IMG/VR virus record: IMGVR_UViG_3300014208_000032
Coordinates: 1 to 64,000 of that record
Reading direction: 5' to 3' (one strand)
Source: a virus
DNA length: 64,000 bases
Part shown: one piece after another, positions 49,382-58,570 of the stretch
Layout: each line of letters begins with the position of its first letter
Position numbering within the stretch: the first letter of the stretch is position 1
Translations under genes and position numbers: made by a program
Notes under the pieces: generated by a model
What the model was told of the DNA's origin: nothing
The model's database searches: none
What the model saw: only the letters and a program-made list of their open reading frames with translations

Positions 49382-52300
49382 TTAAGTTGCTACTCCAGTG
49401 ATTGTATGATAAAGTGAATCTGCAGCATATTCTGTGTTTAAATAATAGGCACGAAAAGTATAAGAAGTTGATGTTATAGCAGTTATTCCCGTGTTTAATC
49501 CTATATTAGCTCCCCAAACCCCAGGACTTGTTTCTTGTTGTATAACCCTTGTTGATGCTCCTGGCGGGGCGTTGGCATCTGCTAATACAATTTGGCTTCC
49601 ACCAACTAATGTTGTAAAACTCATTGCCGGAGTAATAATAGGTGTTGGTATTTCTAAATTACTAATCACTCTTATCTTCTTAACCTCAACTATTTGTTCA
49701 GATATATTATATCGCATCCCATAAATTCTTTTAAGTTCGCTAGTTGTTGTGTCATAATAAAAAACATCGCCAGTAGTCACACCAGTTTCGTCAAGAATAT
49801 TTCCCCAAACAGGAGCAGCGCCATTAGTTCCAGTTCCTGTTTCGGTTAAGAATTTTTTAACTGTTGTGGTGTTTGGAGAAAGAAGTGTTGTAACGTCTAC
49901 ATTACTTTGATATGGAATTGACCCTAGAAGTGTTGTGTTGTTCCCACCAACTAAATTTGTTGATTTTATTGTGGTTCCTGTTATTGTTCCAGTAACAGTT
50001 AATGTGTTATTAATGGTAGTTGCTGTATCAATTGTTGTTTTTTCATATTCATTAGATAATAAAACAATATCTATATTGGTTCCGCTATATTGTGGTACAT
50101 ATATTTTATTTAAATTTATAAAAGAAATGTCATGATTAACGTTTGTAAGAATATTTTCTGTTGTTTTTGAGTTAGTACTAAGTTCTACAATATCCATGTT
50201 TGTAGAGTTTCTGAGTGGTAGATAAAGTTTTCCATTATAAATATGAGATGTATATTTATCATTACTAGATAGAGTTGAAATTGTAGTAACAGAATTATTA
50301 CTTAAATCAACAATATCCATATTTACTCCACCACTTTGTGGTAAATAAAGTTTTCCATTATAAATCTGAGATGTGAATCTATTATGGTTGGAAATTAATG
50401 TTAGTGTAGTAACAGAATTATTACTTAAATCTACAACATCCGCAATATTTCCACCTGTTAAAATAGAAGAGTGTGGTAAATAAAGTTTTCCATTATAAAT
50501 CTGAGATGTATATCTATTGTGGTTTGATAGAGTTGAAATTGTAGTAACAGAATTATTACTTAAATCAACAATATCCATATTTACTCCACCACTTTGTGGT
50601 AAATAAAGTTTTCCATTATAAATTTGAGATGTGTTTTTTGTAAAAGCTGTTAAAGTTGAAATTGTAGTAACAGAATTATTACTTAAATCAACGATGTCCA
50701 TATTTACTCCACCGCTTTGTGGTAAATAAAGTTTCCCATTATAAATTTGAGATGTGGAAGTAATCATACTTGTTAATCCAGAAATTGTGGAAAATGAGTT
50801 ATCACTTAAGTCCATAATAACAAAATTTACACCAAAAGCATTTGTTATGTAAACTTTGTTGTTATACAAATGAGCATCTTTGTTTGTAAAAGAAGGAAGA
50901 GTGGCAAGTGAAGTTTTTGTTGGTGGTGATAACATGTCAATAACAAGTCCAATTTTAACATCACTTCTTGTTTCTAGTTTGTTGGTTGTAGAATCCCAAA
51001 CAGCAACTCCCATATCAACAGGAAGAGCTTGAACGACAGAGTTTCCAATAGAAGCTGTATCAAATCTATTAGTTGCAGCGTTCCAGATTGCCACTCCACC
51101 ATCTAATGGCGTGTTTTCTCTTGTAGCAATTGCTTGCAAAGAAGTTTTCACAATTCCATCAACTGAAGTTCCCACTTTAAAAGTATCAGTTTCTTCATCG
51201 AATACAATATAATAACTATCTAAGCCAATTCCACGTTGAATTTCTATACCAGCCATATTGGTAGATAAAGCTGTTCCGTTTTTGTTTAATGTTAAAATTG
51301 GATCTGTAGAATTTAAGGAATTTACATTCACATTAGTAGTAGCTACAACAATATCAACAGAAGTTGGTGTAATCTCCATAATTTTAGAAGCGCCAATTCC
51401 CGTGCCAGTCCAAAATTGAATTCTTGAATCTGGATCATCAAAAAGATTAAAAAGAGTAGTAATACTTCCATCTCCATTTTCTTTACTTACTATTGTGTTT
51501 GCTACATTTCCAGCATTAAATTGGGTTTCTCTGGCAAAAAAATCTCTTTGATCGTAAGTGTTTGCTAAAACATAAGTCCCAGGAGTTCCTGTAATTTCTA
51601 CAAAATAAAAATCATTAGTAAAAACAGATGGATCTGGTGCTCCAGCCCAAGTAGTTGAAACAAGAACAACTTCCCCTAGTTCATTAGTAGAAATTAAATA
51701 TTTTCCAGCAACAGGAATTGGAATAATTCCTAAAGAAGGAATTAAACTAACATCTCCAGAAAATGCAGTAAATATTTTATTAAGATAAAGATTACTTCTT
51801 AAGATAGAAGCATTGATATAAACAATAAGTTCAAAAGATTTAGCAAAACCAACTGTATCATCTTCCCAGTTTGTTAAATCATCAACCCCAGTTCCTATAA
51901 AATAATCATAAGTTCCATCAATAAAAGAACGAGCTTTAAATTTACCATTAGCAGTAAGTTTAACCTCAAAATTATAATTACCAAATTCAATATCGTTGGT
52001 TGGAAAAATAATTTTATTAAGAATTCTGGAAAATAAATCAACATCAATATAATTATTGAAAAATACATTATTGGGAATTACTTTGCCAACCAAATCTGCT
52101 CTTGCTATATCAATTTCTGTTTTTCTGGAAACACCAGCACCAGGGGATAAATAAAGAAACTGAATTCCATTTACTATCTCAAGAGAAAGATCAATATCAA
52201 AAATTGTATTTTTAAAAATACCGCCAGAAAAATTGAATACTGCACTCTGTTCTAAGAAATCAATTATTTTACCAACATTATAATTAATGTTTTCAATGGG

Positions 52301-52444
52301 TCTATTGATGGAGTAGGGAGTTCTGTAATCAATTTTCTCTAAAAATTCCAATCCGGGTATTATAGCATTAAGATCTTTGATTCCACTTCCGGTTGTTTTC
52401 TTTTTAAACATTATATTATTTCCTTTTGTTATTCCCACTGGCAT
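49382..52444 (-). CDS. Tail fibre/baseplate protein with a 7-blade beta-propeller repeat
   Basis: 1020 aa; 41-aa repeats; shares 'IATRE.TP.D' module with the 40048 fibre. Confidence 0.75.
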   Translation of the reverse strand: MPVGITKGNNIMFKKKTTGSGIKDLNAIIPGLEFLEKIDYRTPYSINRPIENINYNVGKIIDFLEQSAVFNFSGGIFKNTIFDIDLSLEIVNGIQFLYLSPGAGVSRKTEIDIARADLVGKVIPNNVFFNNYIDVDLFSRILNKIIFPTNDIEFGNYNFEVKLTANGKFKARSFIDGTYDYFIGTGVDDLTNWEDDTVGFAKSFELIVYINASILRSNLYLNKIFTAFSGDVSLIPSLGIIPIPVAGKYLISTNELGEVVLVSTTWAGAPDPSVFTNDFYFVEITGTPGTYVLANTYDQRDFFARETQFNAGNVANTIVSKENGDGSITTLFNLFDDPDSRIQFWTGTGIGASKIMEITPTSVDIVVATTNVNVNSLNSTDPILTLNKNGTALSTNMAGIEIQRGIGLDSYYIVFDEETDTFKVGTSVDGIVKTSLQAIATRENTPLDGGVAIWNAATNRFDTASIGNSVVQALPVDMGVAVWDSTTNKLETRSDVKIGLVIDMLSPPTKTSLATLPSFTNKDAHLYNNKVYITNAFGVNFVIMDLSDNSFSTISGLTSMITSTSQIYNGKLYLPQSGGVNMDIVDLSNNSVTTISTLTAFTKNTSQIYNGKLYLPQSGGVNMDIVDLSNNSVTTISTLSNHNRYTSQIYNGKLYLPHSSILTGGNIADVVDLSNNSVTTLTLISNHNRFTSQIYNGKLYLPQSGGVNMDIVDLSNNSVTTISTLSSNDKYTSHIYNGKLYLPLRNSTNMDIVELSTNSKTTENILTNVNHDISFINLNKIYVPQYSGTNIDIVLLSNEYEKTTIDTATTINNTLTVTGTITGTTIKSTNLVGGNNTTLLGSIPYQSNVDVTTLLSPNTTTVKKFLTETGTGTNGAAPVWGNILDETGVTTGDVFYYDTTTSELKRIYGMRYNISEQIVEVKKIRVISNLEIPTPIITPAMSFTTLVGGSQIVLADANAPPGASTRVIQQETSPGVWGANIGLNTGITAITSTSYTFRAYYLNTEYAADSLYHTITGVAT
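50095..50880. repeat. 123-bp tandem repeats (one 135-bp unit)
   Basis: 'TGTGGTAAATAAAGTTTTCCATTATAAAT' core or close variants at 50214, 50337, 50472, 50595 and 50718. Confidence 0.9.
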
Positions 52445-52875
52445 TATAGATTTTCCTTGTCTTTTTTAATTAAATCTTGTATTTCTGTCTTTCCAAAAAA
52501 CCAGTCGTTTTCGTTTTTTGTTTTAAGATTTTTGACATACATTTTATTATATCTTCTCAAAAGAGGGAGAGCATCGGGGAAAAAATATTTAATTCTTTTA
52601 TATTTTTCTTCTTTATTAACAGATAACATTCTGGCGAAACTATCAATTTCATCAATTGCTCTCATTGCGTATTTTTTATTATCATAATAATTTACATTAA
52701 AACCAAGAATATCACTTCTTTTGCCATAGGTTTTTTGGTGAGGTTGTCCTGGATATTCAAAATCCAATACTTTTACTTTTGGGTTAGGATCTTGCTTAAA
52801 ATTGTCGTATTTGAATTTAACAAGTACTGCATCTTCGCTGAGAACAATTTCTTCATATAATTCTTGAAACTTCAT
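52444..52875 (-). CDS. Possible DNA end-protector (T4 gp2-like), MKFQELYEE tag
   Basis: 'FKY....DP.P', 'ILGFNVNY', 'LRRYN' pattern. Confidence 0.4.
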   Translation of the reverse strand: MKFQELYEEIVLSEDAVLVKFKYDNFKQDPNPKVKVLDFEYPGQPHQKTYGKRSDILGFNVNYYDNKKYAMRAIDEIDSFARMLSVNKEEKYKRIKYFFPDALPLLRRYNKMYVKNLKTKNENDWFFGKTEIQDLIKKDKENL

Positions 52876-53010
52876 AATATTATCTTTTCAAGTGAACTAA
52901 TTACCCATTAAAGACAGGTAATATTTTTGTTTCATAGACAAAACTTGTTTTTTGAATAAACAAAACCCTTGGTTTTTATCTCCACAAACTTATATTCGGG
53001 TTATTCCAAC
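52872..53010 (-). ncRNA. Predicted TnpB omega/reRNA (scaffold plus ~20-nt guide)
   Basis: IS200/605-type right end: hairpin TTACCTGT-cttta-ATGGGTAA (G-U pairs) then TTAGTTCAC (ends 52892); guide TTGAAAAGATAATATTATGA. Confidence 0.55.
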
Positions 53011-54152
53011 CCTATTTTTTTTAAACCATAATTTTTAAGATTGATCCCAGCGTTTTGATCTCGATCAATCTCAAATCCACAACTCGGGCAACTAAAAATT
53101 CTATCTTTTAACATTAAATCTTTGTGAATAAATCCACACTTCGAACAAGTTTTAGATGAAGCAAACCATTTATCTGCTTCAATTAAAATCTTGTTATTCC
53201 AAAAAGTTTTATATTTAAGTTGTTGTAAAAACATACCATAACCTAAATCATTAATAGATTTTCCTAACTTTAAACACTGAGCCATTGCTCTTAAGTTAAT
53301 ATTTTCAACCACTATTACATCATTATCTTTTACGAGTTTTGTAGATAGTTTTTGGGTAAAATCTTTTCTTTTGTTAGTAATTTTTTCAAATAATAAATTT
53401 ACTCTTAGTTGTGCTTTTTTTCTATTATTCGAGCCCTTCTGTTTTTTAGAAACTTTTCTTTGAAGAAATTTTAATTTCTTTTCGTTGTTTCTGTAAATCC
53501 TCTCATAAACAGGAGAACTTCCTTGATCATCTACAAAAAAAGAAGACATAGACATATCTAAACCCTTGGTTTTCAGGTTTTTACTTATGACAACTCCTTT
53601 TAGTATTAAATCTTGTTCAAAAATTATTGAGACAAAGTATTTTCCAGTTGGTGTTTTACTAACAGTAGCAGATTTTATTTCTCCTTTTAATTCTTTTCTT
53701 AAATCTCTAAAATTTATCCAACCAAGTTTTGGAAGTTTTATTTTTTTTGATTCAAAATCAATTTTAATATTTTCATTTGTAATTGTTGTTCTATAAGAAT
53801 CTTTTTTACCTTTTTTGTGAAACTTTGGAAAACCAGATTTTCCTTTACTTTTCCCAGAAATGGATTTAAAAAAGTTTTGATAAGCCGCAGATAAATCTCT
53901 TGAAGATTGTTGTAAAGAAATAGAATCCACTTCTTTTAAAAATTCAAACTCAGTTTTATATTCTTTTTCTGTTTTATATTTAAATTCAAACAATGCTCGT
54001 TTGTCATTTTTTAATATTTCATAGGTTTTAATTTTTTCGGCAAGCATTGCATTATAAATAAACCTTGAACAACCAATAGTTTTATTTATTAAAACTTCTT
54101 GTTCTTTATTTGGATAGATTCTTACTTTTAATGCTTTAATTATTAAACCCAT
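53001..54152 (-). CDS. tnpB: TnpB RNA-guided endonuclease (IS200/IS605 family, no tnpA)
   Basis: 'KVRIYPNKEQ..LINKTIGCSRFIYN' HTH; RuvC 'GLDM', 'VVENI', 'DRDQNAGINL'; CxxC..CxxC. Confidence 0.95.
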   Translation of the reverse strand: MGLIIKALKVRIYPNKEQEVLINKTIGCSRFIYNAMLAEKIKTYEILKNDKRALFEFKYKTEKEYKTEFEFLKEVDSISLQQSSRDLSAAYQNFFKSISGKSKGKSGFPKFHKKGKKDSYRTTITNENIKIDFESKKIKLPKLGWINFRDLRKELKGEIKSATVSKTPTGKYFVSIIFEQDLILKGVVISKNLKTKGLDMSMSSFFVDDQGSSPVYERIYRNNEKKLKFLQRKVSKKQKGSNNRKKAQLRVNLLFEKITNKRKDFTQKLSTKLVKDNDVIVVENINLRAMAQCLKLGKSINDLGYGMFLQQLKYKTFWNNKILIEADKWFASSKTCSKCGFIHKDLMLKDRIFSCPSCGFEIDRDQNAGINLKNYGLKKIGLE

Positions 54153-54157
54153 ATAAT

Positions 54158-54165
54158 ATTATCTT
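54158..54165 (-). promoter_or_regulatory. Late-promoter box AAGATAAT directly upstream of tnpB
   Basis: 5 nt before the ATG; no RBS. Confidence 0.55.
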
Positions 54166-54210
54166 TACGTCTTTTACAAAAGTTATTAAATTATTATACT
54201 TTGGTAAAAA

Positions 54211-54405
54211 TTATGCTAAAATATTTACTTTTGTTCCTAAATAGTTTTTTGATATTGCTTCGACTTCTTGGTCGGTTCTTTTTTCAAGCATAACAACCTT
54301 CTTTCTTTTAGAAAAAGAACTGTATAAAAATACTTGATTATACACAAAAGAGGCCACTTCATAGGAATTGTTGGAAATAATATATTCGTCAGTTAATATT
54401 GTCAT
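54211..54405 (-). CDS. Hypothetical protein
   Basis: 64-aa ORF. Confidence 0.4.
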   Translation of the reverse strand: MTILTDEYIISNNSYEVASFVYNQVFLYSSFSKRKKVVMLEKRTDQEVEAISKNYLGTKVNILA

Positions 54406-54441
54406 ATTATACTTATGACATATTTAATCGAGAGGGAAAAA

Positions 54442-54612
54442 ATGATAATCGAATGCCCAAATTGTGACGAAGAATTTATAGCTTATGAATGGGAAAATAT
54501 AACCTGTCCAAAATGTGGTAGAACTGCTTATTGGGATAGTTATTTTTCTTATGGCACCGATGGAGAGATTGAAGATGAGTTTGCATTTGTTGATTGGGAG
54601 GAAATAAAATGA
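54442..54612 (+). CDS. Zinc-ribbon protein
   Basis: CPNC...CPKC; RBS GAGGG. Confidence 0.6.
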   Translation: MIIECPNCDEEFIAYEWENITCPKCGRTAYWDSYFSYGTDGEIEDEFAFVDWEEIK

Positions 54613-54839
54613 AAAGACAAATTAACAAATACATTAATAGCATTAGAAAAACAAAAACTTATTCAAGAGATTATTGTGAAGAAGTTGATGAGTATTATTT
54701 TATGGGTGATGGGCAAGGTGATTTTGAAGACAGTTCTTATTCTGCATCAAAAGAATGTACAGAGAGATACATAGAAGAATGTCTAAAACAAATAGAGATA
54801 GCAAAAGAATATCTGGAGAAAATAAATGGAAATGATTGA
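54609..54839 (+). CDS. Hypothetical protein
   Basis: RBS GGAGG; ATGA coupling. Confidence 0.6.
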   Translation: MKRQINKYINSIRKTKTYSRDYCEEVDEYYFMGDGQGDFEDSSYSASKECTERYIEECLKQIEIAKEYLEKINGND

Positions 54840-55149
54840 TTGGTTAAAACAACAAAGAAACTTTTATAGTAAAAAATTGATTAAAATAGCGGACACGCAA
54901 AATGCTGATTTTATTTATATTAGCGGAAGGTTAATGATGCTAGAAGAAGTAATTAATAAAATAAGAATTGATAGTTTAGATGTTGAAAAAGAATTATATG
55001 ATAATTATGAAAACAAATCGTTTGATAGAGCAATAGTAGAAATAGTAAAAAAATCTATTGAAATGGAAAATAATATAAAAAGAGGAAATCCAATTCATAT
55101 TTATAACAAAGAAACAAAAGAATTTGAGGAGATAAAAAATGGAAATTGA
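54826..55149 (+). CDS. Hypothetical protein
   Basis: RBS GGAG; coupled. Confidence 0.55.
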   Translation: MEMIDWLKQQRNFYSKKLIKIADTQNADFIYISGRLMMLEEVINKIRIDSLDVEKELYDNYENKSFDRAIVEIVKKSIEMENNIKRGNPIHIYNKETKEFEEIKNGN

Positions 55150-55307
55150 TAGAGCAAATCTTTTAATTGTGAAGATCAAGAAAACAATTGATGAGTTGGA
55201 AAATAATAAGATTACATCCATTGGGTTAATGCATGATAATCAAGAAAATTATAACAACGGAATTGATACAGCAATTAGAATTGTTAAAAAGTTGTTGAGG
55301 TAAAAAA

Positions 55308-55604
55308 ATGCCAATTAATATTAGTAATACAACAAATTTTACCATATCTAGTAGTGGAAATATCGGTATTGGTTCCTTGACACCGATGTATACTAGCAGT
55401 TCAGCGTGGTTGTCAATACCTACAACGTCAACAACAAGAAGTTATGGTTTCGCAATAGGAGGTTATTATACCTCAACTATTTTAGACACAACTGTGAATT
55501 TTAATTATTCAGGTTATAACCAAGCTTATTTAACACCAATTTATGGTAAAAAATCACAACGAATTTTTATTACTTTTGACGACGAGGAGAAAGAAAATGT
55601 TTAA
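55308..55604 (+). CDS. Ser/Thr-rich small protein
   Basis: RBS GAGG; 'SGNIGIG' motif; C-terminal KKSQRIF. Confidence 0.55.
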   Translation: MPINISNTTNFTISSSGNIGIGSLTPMYTSSSAWLSIPTTSTTRSYGFAIGGYYTSTILDTTVNFNYSGYNQAYLTPIYGKKSQRIFITFDDEEKENV

Positions 55605-55947
55605 ACAATTTTTAAAAGATATTATTTCAATACCAAAAAAGATTGTATCTGATTTTCTTCCTGTGTTTGGTGCTGCTTTACTTTTTACTTGTATCGTATT
55701 TGGAATACCAACAGGGATTATTTTTTCTATTAATTTGTTATTTCTACAACAATGGGATCTCACGTTGTATTTATTAGGTAATATTACCAACCCAGGCAAT
55801 AAAATTATGGATTTATTAACGGTTTCTTCCGCAGAATTTATTGTTTTGCTAACGCTTGCTGGGGTAATTATTTTTGTTGTGATTAATATTGTTGATTATT
55901 TAAAATCTCTAAAAGAAAGAAGCAGATTAAATAAGGACAAAAATTAG
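55597..55947 (+). CDS. Two-TM membrane protein
   Basis: RBS GAGGAG; two hydrophobic segments. Confidence 0.6.
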   Translation: MFKQFLKDIISIPKKIVSDFLPVFGAALLFTCIVFGIPTGIIFSINLLFLQQWDLTLYLLGNITNPGNKIMDLLTVSSAEFIVLLTLAGVIIFVVINIVDYLKSLKERSRLNKDKN

Positions 55948-56154
55948 ATGTATGTTTCAATAGTTAATATTTTTGACAATGACAATGAATTTGTGCAAAA
56001 TGTTATTCACAATGATTTAGAAATAGCAAATGAAATAGCTGATGGTATTAGGATTAGAAATCCAAATTTTAAGGTTTTTACCGAAAGCGTTTATGTTAGA
56101 ACTACTGATGCAAAAGAAATTTTAAGAGAGATGTGGGAGGATAATCATATATGA
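55948..56154 (+). CDS. Hypothetical protein
   Basis: Packed ORF. Confidence 0.55.
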   Translation: MYVSIVNIFDNDNEFVQNVIHNDLEIANEIADGIRIRNPNFKVFTESVYVRTTDAKEILREMWEDNHI

Positions 56155-56366
56155 TTATTATTTTTGTCATGGTTGGTGTTTTTATTGCTTTTGGCATAAT
56201 TGGAGTTGCATTAGATTATTTTGATTGGAATGATGGAATTTGTAAAAAAACTGGGAAACACTGGGAATATTTTGATACAGATAGTCAAGATGGTCACGGG
56301 TATAAATCTGATGAATATCGTATTTGGATTAGTTGGGGTTTTGATAAAAATGCAGAGTTATTATAA
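56151..56366 (+). CDS. Small membrane-anchored phage protein
   Basis: N-terminal TM; 'WN.GIC..W.YFDTDSQ..GY'. Confidence 0.6.
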   Translation: MIIIFVMVGVFIAFGIIGVALDYFDWNDGICKKTGKHWEYFDTDSQDGHGYKSDEYRIWISWGFDKNAELL

Positions 56367-56607
56367 ACTAGCGGAACAAAGACCGTTTGAAATAAGACGC
56401 ACTTATAATGAGAGTGAATACATAGCATACCCATTAGTGTGTCTTCCTATGAGTGATAGAGAAATCATTTATTATTTAGAAGAAAAAACTAGATTATTAG
56501 AGAAAACAATAGAGACAATAAAAATCTATTCAGATGATGACTATTTTAAAGCATCTTTTGAGTTAGAAGAGTTTTTAAAAAACTTTAAAGTTTATGGGGA
56601 GAAATAA
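56350..56607 (+). CDS. Hypothetical protein (probable start MQSYY)
   Basis: Overlapping start in packed operon. Confidence 0.5.
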   Translation: MQSYYKLAEQRPFEIRRTYNESEYIAYPLVCLPMSDREIIYYLEEKTRLLEKTIETIKIYSDDDYFKASFELEEFLKNFKVYGEK

Positions 56608-57061
56608 TGTGTAATGAGATAAGGTTTGATAAAAATGGATAGTTTTAAAGTTAAAATAATTTCTTGTTCTAATCCTGAATATTGGTATTCTCATTTAATA
56701 GGAGAAGTGTTTTCAGTTAGACATCTTACAAGAGAAGAAAGTGATAAATATGTTAAAGATGAAGACAAAGAAGTGAGATATTTTGTAGTGTCTCCAAAAA
56801 TGTATGTTATAAGTTTAATAAATTCTCGTGATACTGTATTATATTCAGATAGGGATGAACAAATGAATTTGGCAGAAGAGATTATTGCCGTTCTTGAAAA
56901 AGCAAGATTAACAAAAGATTACCATAATCCCTGGATGGTAAATGGTATTCTTAATGCTATTGTTGAGGGATGTCCAGATTCTGAAAAGATTATTACAAGA
57001 GACATAGATAAATGGGCAAATGAAATGTGGGATTCTTAAAAGGAGAAATAATGTGTAATGA
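56598..57061 (+). repeat. 20-bp direct repeat GGAGAAATAATGTGTAATGA (56598-56617, 57042-57061)
   Basis: Exact repeat of RBS plus start, flanking one gene. Confidence 0.8.
56626..57039 (+). CDS. Hypothetical protein (start possibly 56635)
   Basis: 'YWYSHLIGEVF.V' SH3-like N-terminus. Confidence 0.6.
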   Translation: MIKMDSFKVKIISCSNPEYWYSHLIGEVFSVRHLTREESDKYVKDEDKEVRYFVVSPKMYVISLINSRDTVLYSDRDEQMNLAEEIIAVLEKARLTKDYHNPWMVNGILNAIVEGCPDSEKIITRDIDKWANEMWDS

Positions 57062-57195
57062 TCATTGTCCATCAGATAAAGGCATAAGTCAAATGGTAAA
57101 AAGAAAAAGTGGTTTAAAGAAAAAGCATCAAAAACTTAAAAAGAAATATAAAGAATTAAAAAAATCATATAATAAAATTAAATATAGGTTTTTAA

Positions 57196-57522
57196 ATGAA
57201 AATTAATACGGAATTAAAAATGAAATGTTATGATTGTAAACTAAAAAAATGCAAGAAAACTCTTCTCAATAGGATTAGAGCCAATAGATACAGAGATAGT
57301 TTGGATAATGGAACAAGAGATAAACACAACCTAAAACTTCTCAAAGAGAGATGGTTCTTAAGAGAAAGGGTTTTAAAGATTAAATGGACAAAAATGGAAG
57401 AAATTGATACAGAAACAACTTGGGACGAATTAACTATTAAAAATATAGTAAAAGAAATTAATGATGGAATAGAAAAATATGGCAAATATGATACAAGGAG
57501 TATAGATAAGAACTATGAATGA
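57196..57522 (+). CDS. Hypothetical protein
   Basis: Packed ORF. Confidence 0.5.
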   Translation: MKINTELKMKCYDCKLKKCKKTLLNRIRANRYRDSLDNGTRDKHNLKLLKERWFLRERVLKIKWTKMEEIDTETTWDELTIKNIVKEINDGIEKYGKYDTRSIDKNYE

Positions 57523-57748
57523 TAATGATACAGAGGCAATAGAAACCGCTAACAATTTTTCAGATGCATTAGCAGAACAATATAGAATATTAGCAGGTGG
57601 CCGAGTTTCTGTTGGGGAGTTAAGGCCAGAAATACTTACAGAGTATGCTATGGAACAAAGGAGTGATATTATTTATTATATAAATTACAAATACAATGAA
57701 GTTAAAAAATCACAACGAATATTTTTAGATTTTGGAGATGACAAATGA
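57515..57748 (+). CDS. Hypothetical protein with C-terminal KKSQRIF motif
   Basis: RBS AAGGAG. Confidence 0.55.
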   Translation: MNDNDTEAIETANNFSDALAEQYRILAGGRVSVGELRPEILTEYAMEQRSDIIYYINYKYNEVKKSQRIFLDFGDDK

Positions 57749-57806
57749 AAGTAATAAAAAAAACAATTCCGATTGACGTTGTATTATATGAAGAAGGAGT
57801 AAATAG

Positions 57807-58391
57807 ATGAATAGCATAACACATGCAGAGTTTGAATTTTCTTTATTAGAAAATGTAAAATATGAAACAGAGGATGAAGTTCCTATTGTTTTAGAATACA
57901 AAGAAGAAATTATTAACTTAATTAAAAAATTTAGTAATTCAGGGCAATCAGGAATGTCTGCCCCAATCACTGCTTCTATAATTACTAATTGTATTAAAAA
58001 TCTTATGGCATTTAAACCAATTGGCCCACTTGTTGGGAACGAAGAAGAATGGAATTATAATAGCGATGATAGTTTTCAAAATAATAGATTATCTGCTGTG
58101 TTTAAAACTGGATTAAATGGTAAACCTTATTATTTAGATGCCATTACTTTTGTTGGAGAAGAGGAGTATGACACTTTTCACGGACATGTTGAAGGTATAT
58201 CTTCTAGACAATATTTAAAAGGTTTTCCATTTTTTCCAAAGACGTTTTACATAAATGTTTATAAGGATTTTGAAAATAAAGATGAAAACAATTTATGTAG
58301 TGGAGATGATGGAGAGTATACCTATAGAATTAAATATCCAGAACAACTAGAAGAAGTGTTTAATTATTATGATAAATTTACAAAGGAGTAA
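57807..58391 (+). CDS. Conserved phage protein
   Basis: RBS AAGGAG; 'FS.SGQSG.SA', 'PL.G.E.EW', 'QN.R.S.VFK' motif seen in other phages. Confidence 0.7.
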   Translation: MNSITHAEFEFSLLENVKYETEDEVPIVLEYKEEIINLIKKFSNSGQSGMSAPITASIITNCIKNLMAFKPIGPLVGNEEEWNYNSDDSFQNNRLSAVFKTGLNGKPYYLDAITFVGEEEYDTFHGHVEGISSRQYLKGFPFFPKTFYINVYKDFENKDENNLCSGDDGEYTYRIKYPEQLEEVFNYYDKFTKE

Positions 58392-58396
58392 ATAAA

Positions 58397-58567
58397 ATGG
58401 AAGAGATTAAAGCAGGAGACATAGTGGTGCTAAAAAATGGGCAAAGCCCAAAAATGATGGTCACTAGAGTTTCTATGGAAGTAGCAGATGTGTGCTGGTT
58501 TGAACATCAAATATCATTCAGAGAAGAAAGTATTCAAGTTGTTGTTTTGATGAAGGTAGGTAATTAA
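58397..58567 (+). CDS. YodC/DUF2158-like small protein
   Basis: 'KAGDIVVLK..SPKMMV....VCWF'; RBS AAGGAG. Confidence 0.65.
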   Translation: MEEIKAGDIVVLKNGQSPKMMVTRVSMEVADVCWFEHQISFREESIQVVVLMKVGN

Positions 58568-58570
58568 AAA

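Noticed and set aside
50095-50880. Possible CRISPR array or DGR template/variable repeat
   Set aside because: In-frame 123-bp coding repeats without unique spacers; no cas or reverse transcriptase gene in the window
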